DNA of 24,548 nucleotides from a virus. Its lineage: Duplodnaviria; Caudoviricetes. Position 1 is the first letter of the stretch. Each line of letters opens with the position of its first letter. A program made the position numbers and the translations under genes. Below are positions 1-8,465 of this stretch, piece by piece. The stretch is from the IMG/VR virus record IMGVR_UViG_3300005805_000472, positions 1 through 24,548 of that record. The stretch is one strand, 5' to 3'. The notes below the pieces were generated by a model. It saw only the letters and a program-made list of their open reading frames with translations, had not been told where the DNA came from and searched no databases.

Positions 1-1
1 C

Positions 2-884
2 TACGCAGCCATTCAGGATGCAGTGATCGAAGCTAAGAAAATGTACGCTGTCGGTCAGGTCGATCGTGAATCCGTAAAGGCAGCTTCTACCAATGAAGGT
101 GCTTTTATCGAGCTCACCAAGTTCTCGACTCAGAAAGCTGTTGAGAGCTGGATGCGCAACATGAGCCGTTCGCTGTTCAATGATGGATCTGGCAAGCTCG
201 GCGTTTCTACTGCCGCTGCTGCTGGTGGAACAGCTGCTGCTCCTACGATCGTCATCTCTTCTGCGACATGGGTCGAAGCTAACTGGGAGGAGAAGGACTT
301 TGTCATGATCGATTCGGCTACTAATGCCTATTCGACCAGCAATATGTGGGAAGTGAGCTCTGTTGATCCTGCTACCCGCACGATCACCCTTGCTCGTATC
401 TCCGGATCGGTTGACTTGACTGCTGATACTGGCGCGAAGACGGTCTACATGCAGAATTCCAAGGACAATGACCCACAGGGTCTTAAAGGCGTCCTGGATG
501 CTACTTCTGGATCGCTCTACAGCGTCACTGTTGGACGTCGCTGGCAGGCTGGATCTCAGATTGCTGCTGGTGGTGCAGGTATCACCCCAGACGTTTTGAA
601 TCAGGCTATGATGGAGATTCAGCGTAAGTCTGGTAAGGTGCCTAACCTCATCATCACCAGCTTCACGCAGTTCCGTAAGTTGCTGAACATCCTCGAAGAC
701 CAGAAGCAGTATCTTCTCGACCCACGCGCAAGCGATCTGGTTGGAAAGATCAGCTTTAAAGGGATAGAATTCATGAGTGCAGCTGGCGCAATTGGGGTCT
801 TCCCCGAGCGTTTCTGTCCAGACGATCGAGTCTATCTCTTGAATGACAACTTTATTTCAATCTATCATCGTCCCGATTTTGGAT
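2..884 (+). CDS. Major capsid protein, exon 1 (5'-truncated by window edge)
   Basis: Frame is open from nt 2 (YAAIQDAVIEAKKMYA...). Capsid-like content (DPQGLKG, LNQAMMEI..GKVPNLIITS, PDDRVYLLN). First gene of the structural operon. Coding continues in 1152-1282 after intron removal. Confidence 0.85.
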
Positions 885-1151
885 CACATCGGAAGGTCCA
901 ACTCGCCGCGTAAGCGGGAGATATAAAACTGGAGTATATCGGTGAACCCTGAAATGGGAATACCGAGAGCCAGACTCAAGGATGAGTCGGTTTGTAACGC
1001 GTAGAGGCCAGGAATAAGATGCCTCCAAGAGTCTCCGGCAACCGAGAAGTAAACGGTTGAAAATGTACGCTGAACTCACTGGAAACAAACGGTGAGAACT
1101 ATCGGATAAAAAGCCGGTAGGGTAACATCTAAGTAGTTGAAACTACTTATG
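885..1151 (+). ncRNA. Group I self-splicing intron, ORF-less, 267 nt (IA-like, has P7.1)
   Basis: 5' exon ends in U884, intron ends in G1151. P1: UUGGAU 879-884 pairs with GUCCAA 896-901 with a U.G wobble at the splice site. P10: CAUCGGAAG 887-895 pairs with 3' exon UUUUCGAUG 1152-1160. P3: CUGGAG 929-934 / CUCCGG 1033-1038. P7: GCGUA 999-1003 / UACGC 1066-1070. P2 (GUAA loop), P7.1 GAGGC/GCCUC, P8 CAACCG/CGGUUG and three P9-type hairpins are also visible. Removal restores ...HRPDFG-F-FDDDGTVF... Confidence 0.93.
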
Positions 1152-1282
1152 TTTTCGATGATGACGGGACAGTATTTTTAAGAGATGCAGGGTCAGATAG
1201 CTATAGCTTCAGATATGGAGGCTATTGCCAAACCTATGTGGTCCCACCTTACCACGGTGTGATCTCTGGTCTCGCGACCTAA
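1152..1282 (+). CDS. Major capsid protein, exon 2 (C-terminus)
   Basis: In frame after splicing: (F)FDDDGTVFLRDAGSDSYSFRYGGYCQTYVVPPYHGVISGLAT*, a typical capsid C-terminus ending HGVISGL, followed by TAATAA and a hairpin. Not in the ORF track. Confidence 0.9.
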
Positions 1283-1289
1283 TAAAACT

Positions 1290-1321
1290 TGAGGGGATGG
1301 GGTAACCTGTCCCCTCATTTC
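1290..1321 (+). terminator. Stem-loop after capsid gene; probable leaky intrinsic terminator or mRNA stabiliser
   Basis: TGAGGGGATGGG-GTAA-CCTGTCCCCTCA forms a 12-bp stem with a GNRA loop and only a short TTTC tail. Confidence 0.7.
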
Positions 1322-1338
1322 AATCCCACGGAGGATCT

Positions 1339-1665
1339 ATGTTAAGAGAAATTAAAGCTACTCAACGTCTCCCACGTCAGCTTGCTTTCAAGGTAACTGG
1401 CACTGGCACTGCGGCGATCTCCATCGGTCAGTTTGATGGAACGCTTGCAGATAATGGCACTGGTGATTACACGATCACCTTTGCAAAGCCATTTGCTCGC
1501 GCACCTATTTGCGTCGCATCTTGCCAGACGGCAACTTGCTATGCTGAAATTGCAGCTGCTTCGTCTACTTCTGTTCAGGTTCTCACGAAATCAAATGCTA
1601 ATGCGGCTACTGATGCCGTGTTTCACTTGATCGTGCAGGGCTACGACGCTGCTGACGAAACATAA
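1339..1665 (+). CDS. Small virion protein, probable head decoration/cement
   Basis: GGAGG RBS, directly after the capsid gene; beta-rich 108 aa with GTGDYTITFAKPFARAP motif. Confidence 0.6.
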   Translation: MLREIKATQRLPRQLAFKVTGTGTAAISIGQFDGTLADNGTGDYTITFAKPFARAPICVASCQTATCYAEIAAASSTSVQVLTKSNANAATDAVFHLIVQGYDAADET

Positions 1666-1674
1666 ATCGGGATC

Positions 1675-1754
1675 GCGCCGATACCTCAGTGGCAGAGGAC
1701 TTCTGACCGAAGATCAGGCAGAAGAAGACGTGGGTTCGATTCCCTCTCGGCGCT
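1675..1754 (+). ncRNA. tRNA-like cloverleaf with non-canonical 25-nt anticodon arm
   Basis: Acceptor GCGCCGA/TCGGCGC; TA at positions 8-9; D arm CCTC-AGTGGCA-GAGG; arm CTTCTG-N13-CAGAAG; 5-nt variable loop AAGAC; T arm GTGGG-TTCGATT-CCCTC (one mismatch); discriminator T then CCC, no encoded CCA. Confidence 0.75.
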
Positions 1755-1770
1755 CCCTTTAAGGAGACTT

Positions 1771-2109
1771 ATGGCAAGCGTGAACAAGTTACTTTTATGG
1801 AGCGGAGCCATCAGCGGAGATACAGTCGGGACCTCTTACAGTCTCGGACTGCTCGATACTGATTTCTCTGGCTATCTGGACCTAACAGCTCTTAGCGCTA
1901 CTAACGTCGTGGTAAAGATTCAGCGCTCACCAGATAACATCATCTGGTTTGACTGGATCACCTTTTCTACTGCGACTGGTACCGGCTCACAGCTTGTGGA
2001 TGCGTCTACAAACGGGATGAGCTATGCTAGAGCCAACTTCGACTTCACTGGTGGAGCTGAAACTGCGACTGCAACAGTTAGTCTTCACTTCGATAAGAAG
2101 AGTAAGTAA
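1771..2109 (+). CDS. Virion structural protein (small beta-sandwich)
   Basis: AAGGAG RBS; VKIQRSPDNIIWFD motif common in small phage virion proteins; operon context. Confidence 0.6.
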   Translation: MASVNKLLLWSGAISGDTVGTSYSLGLLDTDFSGYLDLTALSATNVVVKIQRSPDNIIWFDWITFSTATGTGSQLVDASTNGMSYARANFDFTGGAETATATVSLHFDKKSK

Positions 2110-2399
2110 TGAGTAGGGTAGACTTATACCCGACTAAGAACTCGTCCCCTGCCGATGCTCAGATTCAGACCGGAACTGTGTCTGGAACAAAGGTAGGGGC
2201 CGATGTTCAAGTGCTCGGTGGAAGCATCATCACTGGCTCAGCAGCTATTCCAGTCAGCTACGATAACGGAACCCTGACGCTCCCAAGCGCTACACAGGAA
2301 GTATATAAGTATTACACGGGAGCTACTCTGGTCAGGACGATCACTATCAACTACACTGACTCGACTAAGGCTGTAATTAGCACCTGGACGATTACCTGA
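2109..2399 (+). CDS. Putative virion/tail-associated protein
   Basis: TAATG coupling to the upstream gene; Thr/Ser-rich, QEVYKYYTGATLVRTITINYTD. Confidence 0.55.
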   Translation: MSRVDLYPTKNSSPADAQIQTGTVSGTKVGADVQVLGGSIITGSAAIPVSYDNGTLTLPSATQEVYKYYTGATLVRTITINYTDSTKAVISTWTIT

Positions 2400-2932
2400 T
2401 GGCACTGCAATTTAACCCTCTGACTGGCGAATTTGATCTAGTAGGTGGTGGCGGCGGAGGGGCTCCATCCGGTCCAGCTGGCGGAGATCTATCTGGGACA
2501 TATCCAAACCCCACGATATCGACGACAAAGCAAAACTACCTACTCGACTACACCAACCACACCAATACTCCAGCATCGTCTACAGGAACATTCACGACTG
2601 GAATTAAAACGGCGGTTTTTGCCCTGACTGATGCAGCGACAATCACCACAACAAACGTGTCTAGCTACAACACATTCACTGTTACTTTGGGCGGAAATAG
2701 AACGCTTGGATCTTTCACTACTGCTACCGCTGGTCAAAAGATTGTGATTCAAGTGAGACAAGATGGCACGGGCAACAGAACATTATCGTTTGACTCGACA
2801 TACTGGAATCAAGGAACGGACGCTGTGTGGCTCTCGATCTCACCAACAGCTAATTCCTATTCCTACATTGGTGCAATATACAATTCTGGCACAAGCAAAT
2901 GGGACGTAGTTAGCATTGTGAGAGGTTATTGA
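2399..2932 (+). CDS. Fibre-like virion protein
   Basis: FNPLTGEFD N-terminus, GPAGGDLSGTYPNPT fibre motif, C-terminal TLGGNRTL...QDGTGNRTLSF domain. Confidence 0.65.
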   Translation: MALQFNPLTGEFDLVGGGGGGAPSGPAGGDLSGTYPNPTISTTKQNYLLDYTNHTNTPASSTGTFTTGIKTAVFALTDAATITTTNVSSYNTFTVTLGGNRTLGSFTTATAGQKIVIQVRQDGTGNRTLSFDSTYWNQGTDAVWLSISPTANSYSYIGAIYNSGTSKWDVVSIVRGY

Positions 2933-5808
2933 TGGCTGTTTTAGTATCGGTCGCGACGGGAAATCTCACGGCAGCAACTACTTGGCAGGTCGTTCAAGCT
3001 GGAACATTTCAGACCTTGAGAGCGAATCAAGAAACCGCAGCACAAAACCTAACGACGGGTTTTCAGGCTAGTCCGAATTTTACTGTCGCAGCAAATACTA
3101 CTGTTGATGCTGTTTTAATAAAATTTGGAACAAAGACTTATAATTCTGCGGTTAAACTGTCGGTTGAAATTTACAATTCTACAACAGCAACAGTGCTTGC
3201 TACTGCGACAGTTGACGTTCCAAACGTAGGCAGTGCCACACCCAACTGGATTCAAGTAAAGTTCTCCTCGTCGGTAGTTGTGACTACTGGCAACAACTGG
3301 CAGATCCGACTGAAAAAAGATACAGGAGATGCTCTAAATATCTATAGAAAAAGTGCCACATTATCGGACTGGACTTTTGGGCTTCGCACGACAACAACTG
3401 CCGCTCCGGCAAATGGCGATATTCTTTTGATCGCGCCACAATATACAGCAACAACCTATACAACTTATACGGTAACGAACGATAACACCAATTCTGCATT
3501 ACTTCTTGGAAACGGAACAGCAGGAACAACTGGTCTTGAGGTATCTTATGGCTGCACGCTTCAAAATGCAGTGAGCGCATCAACTAACTATTATCTCAGA
3601 GTTAACAATGACATTTATTTTAATGGGGGGTCTGTTTTTACTTGTGGGACGGTAGCCTCCCCGTTTCCGCAATCTAGCACAGCAACATTTGAAATTTATC
3701 AGCCCGCCGATGCTCGATTTTCTTGGACTTGTAGACAAGTTTCCTCAGCAACAAGCACCTTCACTTGCTACGAAAATCAAACAAATAAACGCTCTCAGCA
3801 AGCAGCACTTTCTGCTCAGGCAACTGCTGGTGCTACATCTTTCACTGTCACTGGTTCGCCAACAAATTGGAGAAGTGGTGATGAAATTGTCATCCCAACA
3901 ACTGAGCGCGACCCAAACCAAGTTGAATATCGCACGATGAGCGCAAATGAATCTGGTGGGACGGTTCAAATCTCATCAGGACTGACATACGCGCACAGTC
4001 AATATCACGACCTGTGGAATATTAAACCTGCTCGTGTGGCGAACCTAACGAAGAACATTAAATTTAAAGGAACAAGCTCGACGCTAAAAGCATCAGGTAT
4101 ATTTTTGGGCAACTACAATGAAGTAACAATCTATGGGGTAGAGTTTCAGTACATCAACACGATTCGCTGGAACAATCTATTCGGAACTGATCCAGCTGGA
4201 AATGAAGTTTATTACTATGTCTCGCTTAATGACATCGTCATCAAAGAGTGCTCGGGCGGTTTGAGGCCGGATACTAACTACGGCACGATTACTGAATTGT
4301 ATCGTGTTACTGGAGCAAAACCATTAGCAGCGGCAAACTTTACTTATACTATCCCAGCTTTTACGCAACCTTTTGCATATAATCAGATTAAAAATATCTG
4401 TGCGGATTTATTTTCTTATGGCGGCTCTGGATATCTTGGTGGCGGTTTTAACTGGTCCGCAGGATCAGCGAATGGAAATGATTTTTCTTTTGAACAAGGT
4501 ACATCAACACTGGGCGGAAATGGAATTGGCATATACCTAAACGGAATAACTCACGGGAATGTCGGATCTGGAACTTGTGCCTTAAGAATATCCGGCGGAA
4601 CAACTATTGATAGCATTGGAAAGTTTTTCCAATTTGACCTTGATGCTGTGGTGGTCGGCACAGGAGTTAACAACGGAACACACGCAGTATCCATCGAAGA
4701 TTCAAACGCATATATTTGGAATTGGTATATCTACGCAATAAGGAATACCCAAAGTGGCATTCAGTTTGATGTTAGTGGGACGCCACTTAATCACGTTGCA
4801 GCTTGGGCGCAGGAAAATGCTATAAACAACATAACTTGGGCTTCCTCTGGAATGCGGTGGAAGTATGAACATACTGATGTTCGAGTTGCTGCAACCACTA
4901 CACTTCCGACGACTAGAAATTTTAACTTATTAAGCGCAGTCAAAGCGAATGTGGTTCTATCTGACTGCATCGGCAATGGGATAGTTCCTACAGCCTCAAG
5001 TTTTATCGCTGTTGTTGCTGGAGCAAATAACAACTACAAAGCCGGTCCACTTAACATCAATGTTGATTGCAGTGCAGTCACAAGCATTCCTATTGTGTTC
5101 ACCAAGGGTCAGCAATCCGGTCAAACCTCGGACCTATACTTAAACAACGAGGGAAGATTGTGGGTCAAAGGAACGGACAATAACTCTTGGACCTACATCG
5201 CTGGCGGAGTTTATTATCGCGACACGGTAAATTACTACCAAACCAGTCCATCCATGGCGATGGAACTAACTACCACGATGGGAACTGTTATTTCCCCTAC
5301 AAAACAATTTATTATCCCAGCAGGTAAAACAGCAACGGTGAGCGTTTGGGTATATATGACTACTGTCGCTCAGTCGGCAACAGCCAAACTTCGGATCGAA
5401 AATACGGATTTCCCGATGGCGTATAGCTATAGTTGGTATGGTTCTACAACAACCTTAAACTCGTGGGTAAAATTGGAAGGACCATTATATGCTTCGCAAG
5501 ATATTTTTCAAGCCGCAGCAATTTCGCTTGAGCCAACTATATATTCCGTTACCCTTCAGAACACTGGCGATACAATAACACTGAACAACCACGGTCTTCA
5601 AAACGGGGACACAGTCGTGTTTACTGCTGTTTCGATCGGATTCTCGGTCTATACTATATATTACGTTGTTTCCGCGACGACCAATACCTTTCAACTTTCT
5701 CTAACATCAGGAGGATCTGCAATTGCGTTTGGAGCAGATGGTACTGGAACCATCTATATACTCGGTGCAACGATTAAGATTAGCGACTGGAGGGTTGAGA
5801 TCACATGA
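2932..5808 (+). CDS. Large multidomain tailspike/receptor-binding protein (G8-associated segment, beta-helix-like region)
   Basis: TGATG coupling suggests start at 2932. WRSGDEIVIPTT...LTYAH...VANLTKNIKFKG resembles G8-domain proteins. N/G/T-rich centre; C-terminal NHGLQNGDTVVF...YYVVSATTNTFQLS module seen in phage tail proteins. Confidence 0.6.
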   Translation: MAVLVSVATGNLTAATTWQVVQAGTFQTLRANQETAAQNLTTGFQASPNFTVAANTTVDAVLIKFGTKTYNSAVKLSVEIYNSTTATVLATATVDVPNVGSATPNWIQVKFSSSVVVTTGNNWQIRLKKDTGDALNIYRKSATLSDWTFGLRTTTTAAPANGDILLIAPQYTATTYTTYTVTNDNTNSALLLGNGTAGTTGLEVSYGCTLQNAVSASTNYYLRVNNDIYFNGGSVFTCGTVASPFPQSSTATFEIYQPADARFSWTCRQVSSATSTFTCYENQTNKRSQQAALSAQATAGATSFTVTGSPTNWRSGDEIVIPTTERDPNQVEYRTMSANESGGTVQISSGLTYAHSQYHDLWNIKPARVANLTKNIKFKGTSSTLKASGIFLGNYNEVTIYGVEFQYINTIRWNNLFGTDPAGNEVYYYVSLNDIVIKECSGGLRPDTNYGTITELYRVTGAKPLAAANFTYTIPAFTQPFAYNQIKNICADLFSYGGSGYLGGGFNWSAGSANGNDFSFEQGTSTLGGNGIGIYLNGITHGNVGSGTCALRISGGTTIDSIGKFFQFDLDAVVVGTGVNNGTHAVSIEDSNAYIWNWYIYAIRNTQSGIQFDVSGTPLNHVAAWAQENAINNITWASSGMRWKYEHTDVRVAATTTLPTTRNFNLLSAVKANVVLSDCIGNGIVPTASSFIAVVAGANNNYKAGPLNINVDCSAVTSIPIVFTKGQQSGQTSDLYLNNEGRLWVKGTDNNSWTYIAGGVYYRDTVNYYQTSPSMAMELTTTMGTVISPTKQFIIPAGKTATVSVWVYMTTVAQSATAKLRIENTDFPMAYSYSWYGSTTTLNSWVKLEGPLYASQDIFQAAAISLEPTIYSVTLQNTGDTITLNNHGLQNGDTVVFTAVSIGFSVYTIYYVVSATTNTFQLSLTSGGSAIAFGADGTGTIYILGATIKISDWRVEIT

Positions 5809-5978
5809 ACTACAACCTCTTCGGAAACTATGCATCTCAAGAGGCTTTTAGAGGTCTTGGAAATTACCTACCAGTCACGACGCACAACCTCTTCGGAAAC
5901 TACGCTTCACAGGAAGCGTTTTCGTTCATGTTTCCGGTAAACTCTGCTTCGGCTAACTTCATCATCATGTTCGAGTGA
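5805..5978 (+). CDS. 57-aa protein with duplicated NLFGNYASQEAF motif (not in ORF track)
   Basis: ATGA overlap with the upstream stop; fills the gap to the next RBS; the two motif copies differ only at synonymous positions. Confidence 0.75.
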   Translation: MNYNLFGNYASQEAFRGLGNYLPVTTHNLFGNYASQEAFSFMFPVNSASANFIIMFE

Positions 5979-5986
5979 GGTGACAA

Positions 5987-6361
5987 ATGAGGACTTGGCT
6001 ACAGATCGACGACGAACTAGAGGCAACTGAATTAGAGATCAAAGCAATTGATGAAGAGTTTAAGCGCAGGTGTGCAAAAATAAAGTGCAAAGAGACAAAA
6101 GCATTTGCACTTGCTGCTAGGGCTGGTCAAATGGACCTAATTAAAAAGCGACATAAACTTCATGTTGAAAAACGAGAAGACTTCGCCAAGGTCCGTACCT
6201 GTGAGGAGTGCAAGGCAACTAAGCGTGGCGTCTTCATTGCACAGGTAGAAAAGAAGACCGTGACCATGTGTCGCGACTGCGGTCTTGGGCGTGGGAAAAA
6301 TAAACTCGGAAAGATTAAGGTTAAACCGCCAAGACCGGTTCCTTCAGAAGAACAAGCATAG
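5987..6361 (+). CDS. Hypothetical basic protein, coiled coil plus CxxC..CxxC zinc ribbon
   Basis: GAGGTG RBS; CEEC and CRDC motifs. Confidence 0.6.
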   Translation: MRTWLQIDDELEATELEIKAIDEEFKRRCAKIKCKETKAFALAARAGQMDLIKKRHKLHVEKREDFAKVRTCEECKATKRGVFIAQVEKKTVTMCRDCGLGRGKNKLGKIKVKPPRPVPSEEQA

Positions 6362-6442
6362 GATGGTTGACCGAATTAGTATGGATAGAATTAGACTTGA
6401 ATAGTTTGAATTTGATGAAAATTTCCATGAGGATATAGAGCT

Positions 6443-8464
6443 ATGCCATCTACAATTTTTTCAGGCAGCGACGTTAAAACGCTGAAAGATAACCTTAGCT
6501 TAAATGATAAAGCGAAAATACTTCCTAGTAATGGTAGCCCTGCCGCTGGCGCTGGTCTGGCTGCTCCTATCGGGTCTTTGGCTCTCGATTACACGAATGG
6601 AAAAACCTATAAGAAAATCGGCGCGCTAGCTACCGACTGGTCAGAGCTTGGCTCTGGTGTGGGTGGGATCAACTATATCACCAACACTGACGCAGAATCA
6701 GGTACCGCTGGCTGGTCAACCTATGCCGATGCAGCTGGAGCTCAGCCTGTAGATGGAACGGGTGGAACTCCTAATGTCACCTGGACGCGATCAACCACTA
6801 CTCCACTGCGCGGTACTGCTGACTTTAACTTTGCTAAGGACGCCGCTAATCGCCAAGGTGAAGGCGTTTCTACTGACATGACGATTAACCTAGCTGATCA
6901 GGCCAAGGTGCTGACGGTTAGCTTTGACTATGAGGTCTTGAGCGGCACTTATGCTACCGGCGACCTGACGGTCTATCTCATTCAAGATCCTGCTGGAACG
7001 CCTGTAGTCATTCAGCCAGCTGGCTATCAGATTCTATCGGCTACCGCTGGCACCAAGATGAAGCAGATTGCCACATTCCAGACGGCTAGCTCTGGACAGA
7101 CTTATCGTCTCTGCTTCCACGTCGCTTCTACCAGCGCATCAGCTTACACTCTTGCGATTGATAACGTCATTGTAGGTCCACAGGTGGTGCAGTACGGCGC
7201 TCCTGTGACAGATGCTACTTCTTTCACTTGTACTGGAAGCTGGACAAGCAACTCTACCTACACAGCCTTTCAGCGTCGCGTAGGAGATCGACTGATAGTT
7301 GAAGGAAAGATTGTTCTATCTGGTGCTCCTACATCCGCTGCTTTGACCATCAATCTTCCTGCTGGATTATCAATCGACACAGCAAAGATTGGAACAGAAT
7401 CAGGAAATGGAACAGTAGGATCTTGGTCTGGAAATGATACCGGACTAATGACTTATTTGGGAGCCATTCGATACAACAACACGACATCAGTGCTTTGCAT
7501 TACTGGTGAGGCTTCTAGCACATATTTAAGAACAGGAGCCGTAGATCAAGCCACCCCATTTACTTGGGGTAGTACTGATTATCTGAACTTTAAATATGAT
7601 GTCCCCATCCTCGGCTGGTCTTCCACCGTCCAGATGTCTAATGACACGGATACTCGCGTAGTATCTTTTGTAGGATCAGTTGGTAGTGGACAGGTTCTTA
7701 CTGGCGCGACAACAAATGTCTCAGTTACTTCTATTAAAGACTCTCACGGAGCGTGGAGCGGATCGGTTTATACGGTCCAAGTTCCTGGAGACTATGTTGT
7801 TAGTGGAGAGCTTTACACAAACGCCGCTGCTCAGACACCACAAGCATATAAAAATGGAGCTGCGGTTTCTTTTGGCACTTGGTCAACAGGTAGTTCAAGC
7901 GTAACAGGAGCGGGATCAATTCTAATCCCGAATTGTGTCGCTGGAGATACAATTTCTTTACGGTCAACACAAAATGGCACCGTGACCAGTGCGTATCTGT
8001 CAATTTATCGTCTCTCCGGACCCTCTGCCATCGCTTCTAGTGAGACGGTGGCTATGAGGGCCTTTAAAACGACTGGATCACATACGAACAATGGAGATTA
8101 TCAAACAGTAGCATCGTGGAATGCCGCGCCTTTTGATACTCATGGAGCGTTTAATGTGACGACAGGAGAATATACGCTTCCAATTTCAGGAACCTTTGAA
8201 GTCTCTTGCAACATTGCGTTTGCTGCAAATGCAACCGGACTTCGTGGTCTTAGGATTCAACTCGATGGTTCGAGTGTTGCAGGTGGTAATATCACAGCTC
8301 CTGGTACAGCATCTTTTGAGCCTGGTCTTGTGACGTCTTCGCTTGTTCGAGGTACTGCTGGTCAAAAAATCACAGTCATTGCTTATCAAAGCTCTGGCGG
8401 AAACTTAGCTTACGCTTCTGCGACAAATTTCAACCAACTTTCTATTCATCGAGTAGGTAACTAA
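6443..8464 (+). CDS. Tail fibre / receptor-binding protein with two C-terminal C1q-like modules
   Basis: G/S/T-rich 673 aa; DSHGAWSGSVYTVQVPGDYVV and DTHGAFNVTTGEYTLPISGTFEV repeats; followed by a chaperone-like ORF. Confidence 0.7.
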   Translation: MPSTIFSGSDVKTLKDNLSLNDKAKILPSNGSPAAGAGLAAPIGSLALDYTNGKTYKKIGALATDWSELGSGVGGINYITNTDAESGTAGWSTYADAAGAQPVDGTGGTPNVTWTRSTTTPLRGTADFNFAKDAANRQGEGVSTDMTINLADQAKVLTVSFDYEVLSGTYATGDLTVYLIQDPAGTPVVIQPAGYQILSATAGTKMKQIATFQTASSGQTYRLCFHVASTSASAYTLAIDNVIVGPQVVQYGAPVTDATSFTCTGSWTSNSTYTAFQRRVGDRLIVEGKIVLSGAPTSAALTINLPAGLSIDTAKIGTESGNGTVGSWSGNDTGLMTYLGAIRYNNTTSVLCITGEASSTYLRTGAVDQATPFTWGSTDYLNFKYDVPILGWSSTVQMSNDTDTRVVSFVGSVGSGQVLTGATTNVSVTSIKDSHGAWSGSVYTVQVPGDYVVSGELYTNAAAQTPQAYKNGAAVSFGTWSTGSSSVTGAGSILIPNCVAGDTISLRSTQNGTVTSAYLSIYRLSGPSAIASSETVAMRAFKTTGSHTNNGDYQTVASWNAAPFDTHGAFNVTTGEYTLPISGTFEVSCNIAFAANATGLRGLRIQLDGSSVAGGNITAPGTASFEPGLVTSSLVRGTAGQKITVIAYQSSGGNLAYASATNFNQLSIHRVGN

Positions 8465-8465
8465 A

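Noticed and set aside
23-913. ORF track's 296-aa protein as a complete capsid gene
   Set aside because: The frame is open to the window edge and the last 9 residues come from the unspliced junction and intron; the real C-terminus is in 1152-1282.
852-1088. 78-aa minus-strand ORF as an intron-encoded protein
   Set aside because: Antisense to the ribozyme core, with no endonuclease motif.
885-1151. Intein, stop-codon readthrough or ribosomal bypass instead of splicing
   Set aside because: The insert has an in-frame stop at 911-913, and the complete P1/P10/P3/P7 pairings with U and G at the boundaries explain it as a group I intron.
1675-1754. Functional tRNA-Phe(GAA)
   Set aside because: Would need C33, a 3-nt D-to-anticodon spacer and an unstructured 11-nt variable region; also has a T-stem mismatch. 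Kept only as tRNA-like.
6362-6442. Sigma70 promoter upstream of the tail fibre gene (TTGACC...TAGAAT)
   Set aside because: Spacer is only 13 nt; the AT-rich gap may hold a promoter but it cannot be placed.
6443-8464. Diversity-generating retroelement acting on the fibre
   Set aside because: No reverse transcriptase and no template/variable repeat pair seen in the window.
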